A stretch of 64,000 nucleotides of DNA from Octopus sinensis (taxonomy: Eukaryota): NCBI RefSeq assembly GCF_006345805.1, contig NC_043004.1, positions 71,610,001 to 71,674,000 on the forward strand, given 5' to 3'. Below the pieces are notes generated by a model. It did not search any database. It saw nothing but the letters and a program-made list of their open reading frames with translations, and was not told where the DNA came from. Below are positions 63,391-64,000 of this stretch, piece after piece. The stretch's first letter is position 1. Every line of letters starts with the position of its first letter. The position numbers were made by a program, and so were the translations under genes.

Positions 63391-63850
63391 TCTTTTCCTT
63401 GTACTAGGCTGTCTGCACTTCCTCATACAAATTTCTCTATCGGGTATTTTTAAGCTTCCTGAATTCTTTTTGTAAGTTTGCCTTTTTGAGACTTGTAAAA
63501 CTTTTCTAGTACCACTTTGTTCTTTGTGCTTAGATCCAGAAGCTTTTGATGAGTTCATCTCACCCAGTCTCGATGCTGTCTCCTCTTAGAACCTAACATC
63601 ATTGATCCTATTTTATATATTCCATCCTGAAACGACTCCCATGCACCGTCAAAACGAGCATTGCTGCACCTCTCCTGAAATAACTGCAAAACTTGTGGTT
63701 TCAGCTGCTCTAAATCAATTCTCTTTTGAACTGGTACACCTGCACTACAAATCATCTTGGTGACCATCAACTTAAACTCAGCTCTAACGATCTTGTGATC
63801 ACTATCATATTTAACACCTCGCAATACCCTAGGACTGCACAAATCCTGTA
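63390..63850 (-). mobile_element. RTE-clade LINE fragment (end of endonuclease and linker)
   Basis: SDHKIVRAEFKL...RIDLEQL...WESFQDGIYKIGSMMLGSKRRQHRDW. Confidence 0.7.
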
Positions 63851-64000
63851 AGTCAGCTTTCCGTGTTAATTCCCAGAGTGAACTTGCTTTGATTTTGAAT
63901 AAATTCAGGTAACTTTATGCTTCCACTTATGAAATAAAGTATTCCCAACAATCAGCCCCAGCTCAGAACACATTTGTAGTAGATGCAGCGTCCACTAAGT

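Overview
This is AT-rich, microsatellite-dense animal genomic DNA. The SINE families and (TA)n/(AAT)n load suggest an octopus-like cephalopod (inference). Most of the window is transposable-element debris: a near-intact Tx1/L1-clade LINE (about 9.2-15.3 kb) plus two remnants, four R4/Dong-type RLE fragments, several Tc1/mariner relics, hAT, RTE, CR1-like and integrase fragments, three tRNA-derived SINE families and Penelope-like elements (PLEs). One host gene is visible: four phase-compatible, open exons (18626-29555, +) encoding a secreted PAN/Apple-like protein. An old tandem duplicate of its 3' region carries a diverged but open paralogous exon (45683-45834). The most striking signal is RNA-level. 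Several unrelated small elements carry type I hammerhead ribozyme (HHR) folds: three fold-back elements (37.7, 38.2 and 49.9 kb) with an HHR in each arm, and a 360-bp-period, retrozyme-like direct repeat (61.6 kb) whose HHR has a compensated U3-A8 core. In addition, two different PLEs, each with a twin-priming-type 5' inversion, are fused head to head at 42484-42485. All structures were read by eye; no folding, alignment or database search was run, so many repeat boundaries are approximate.
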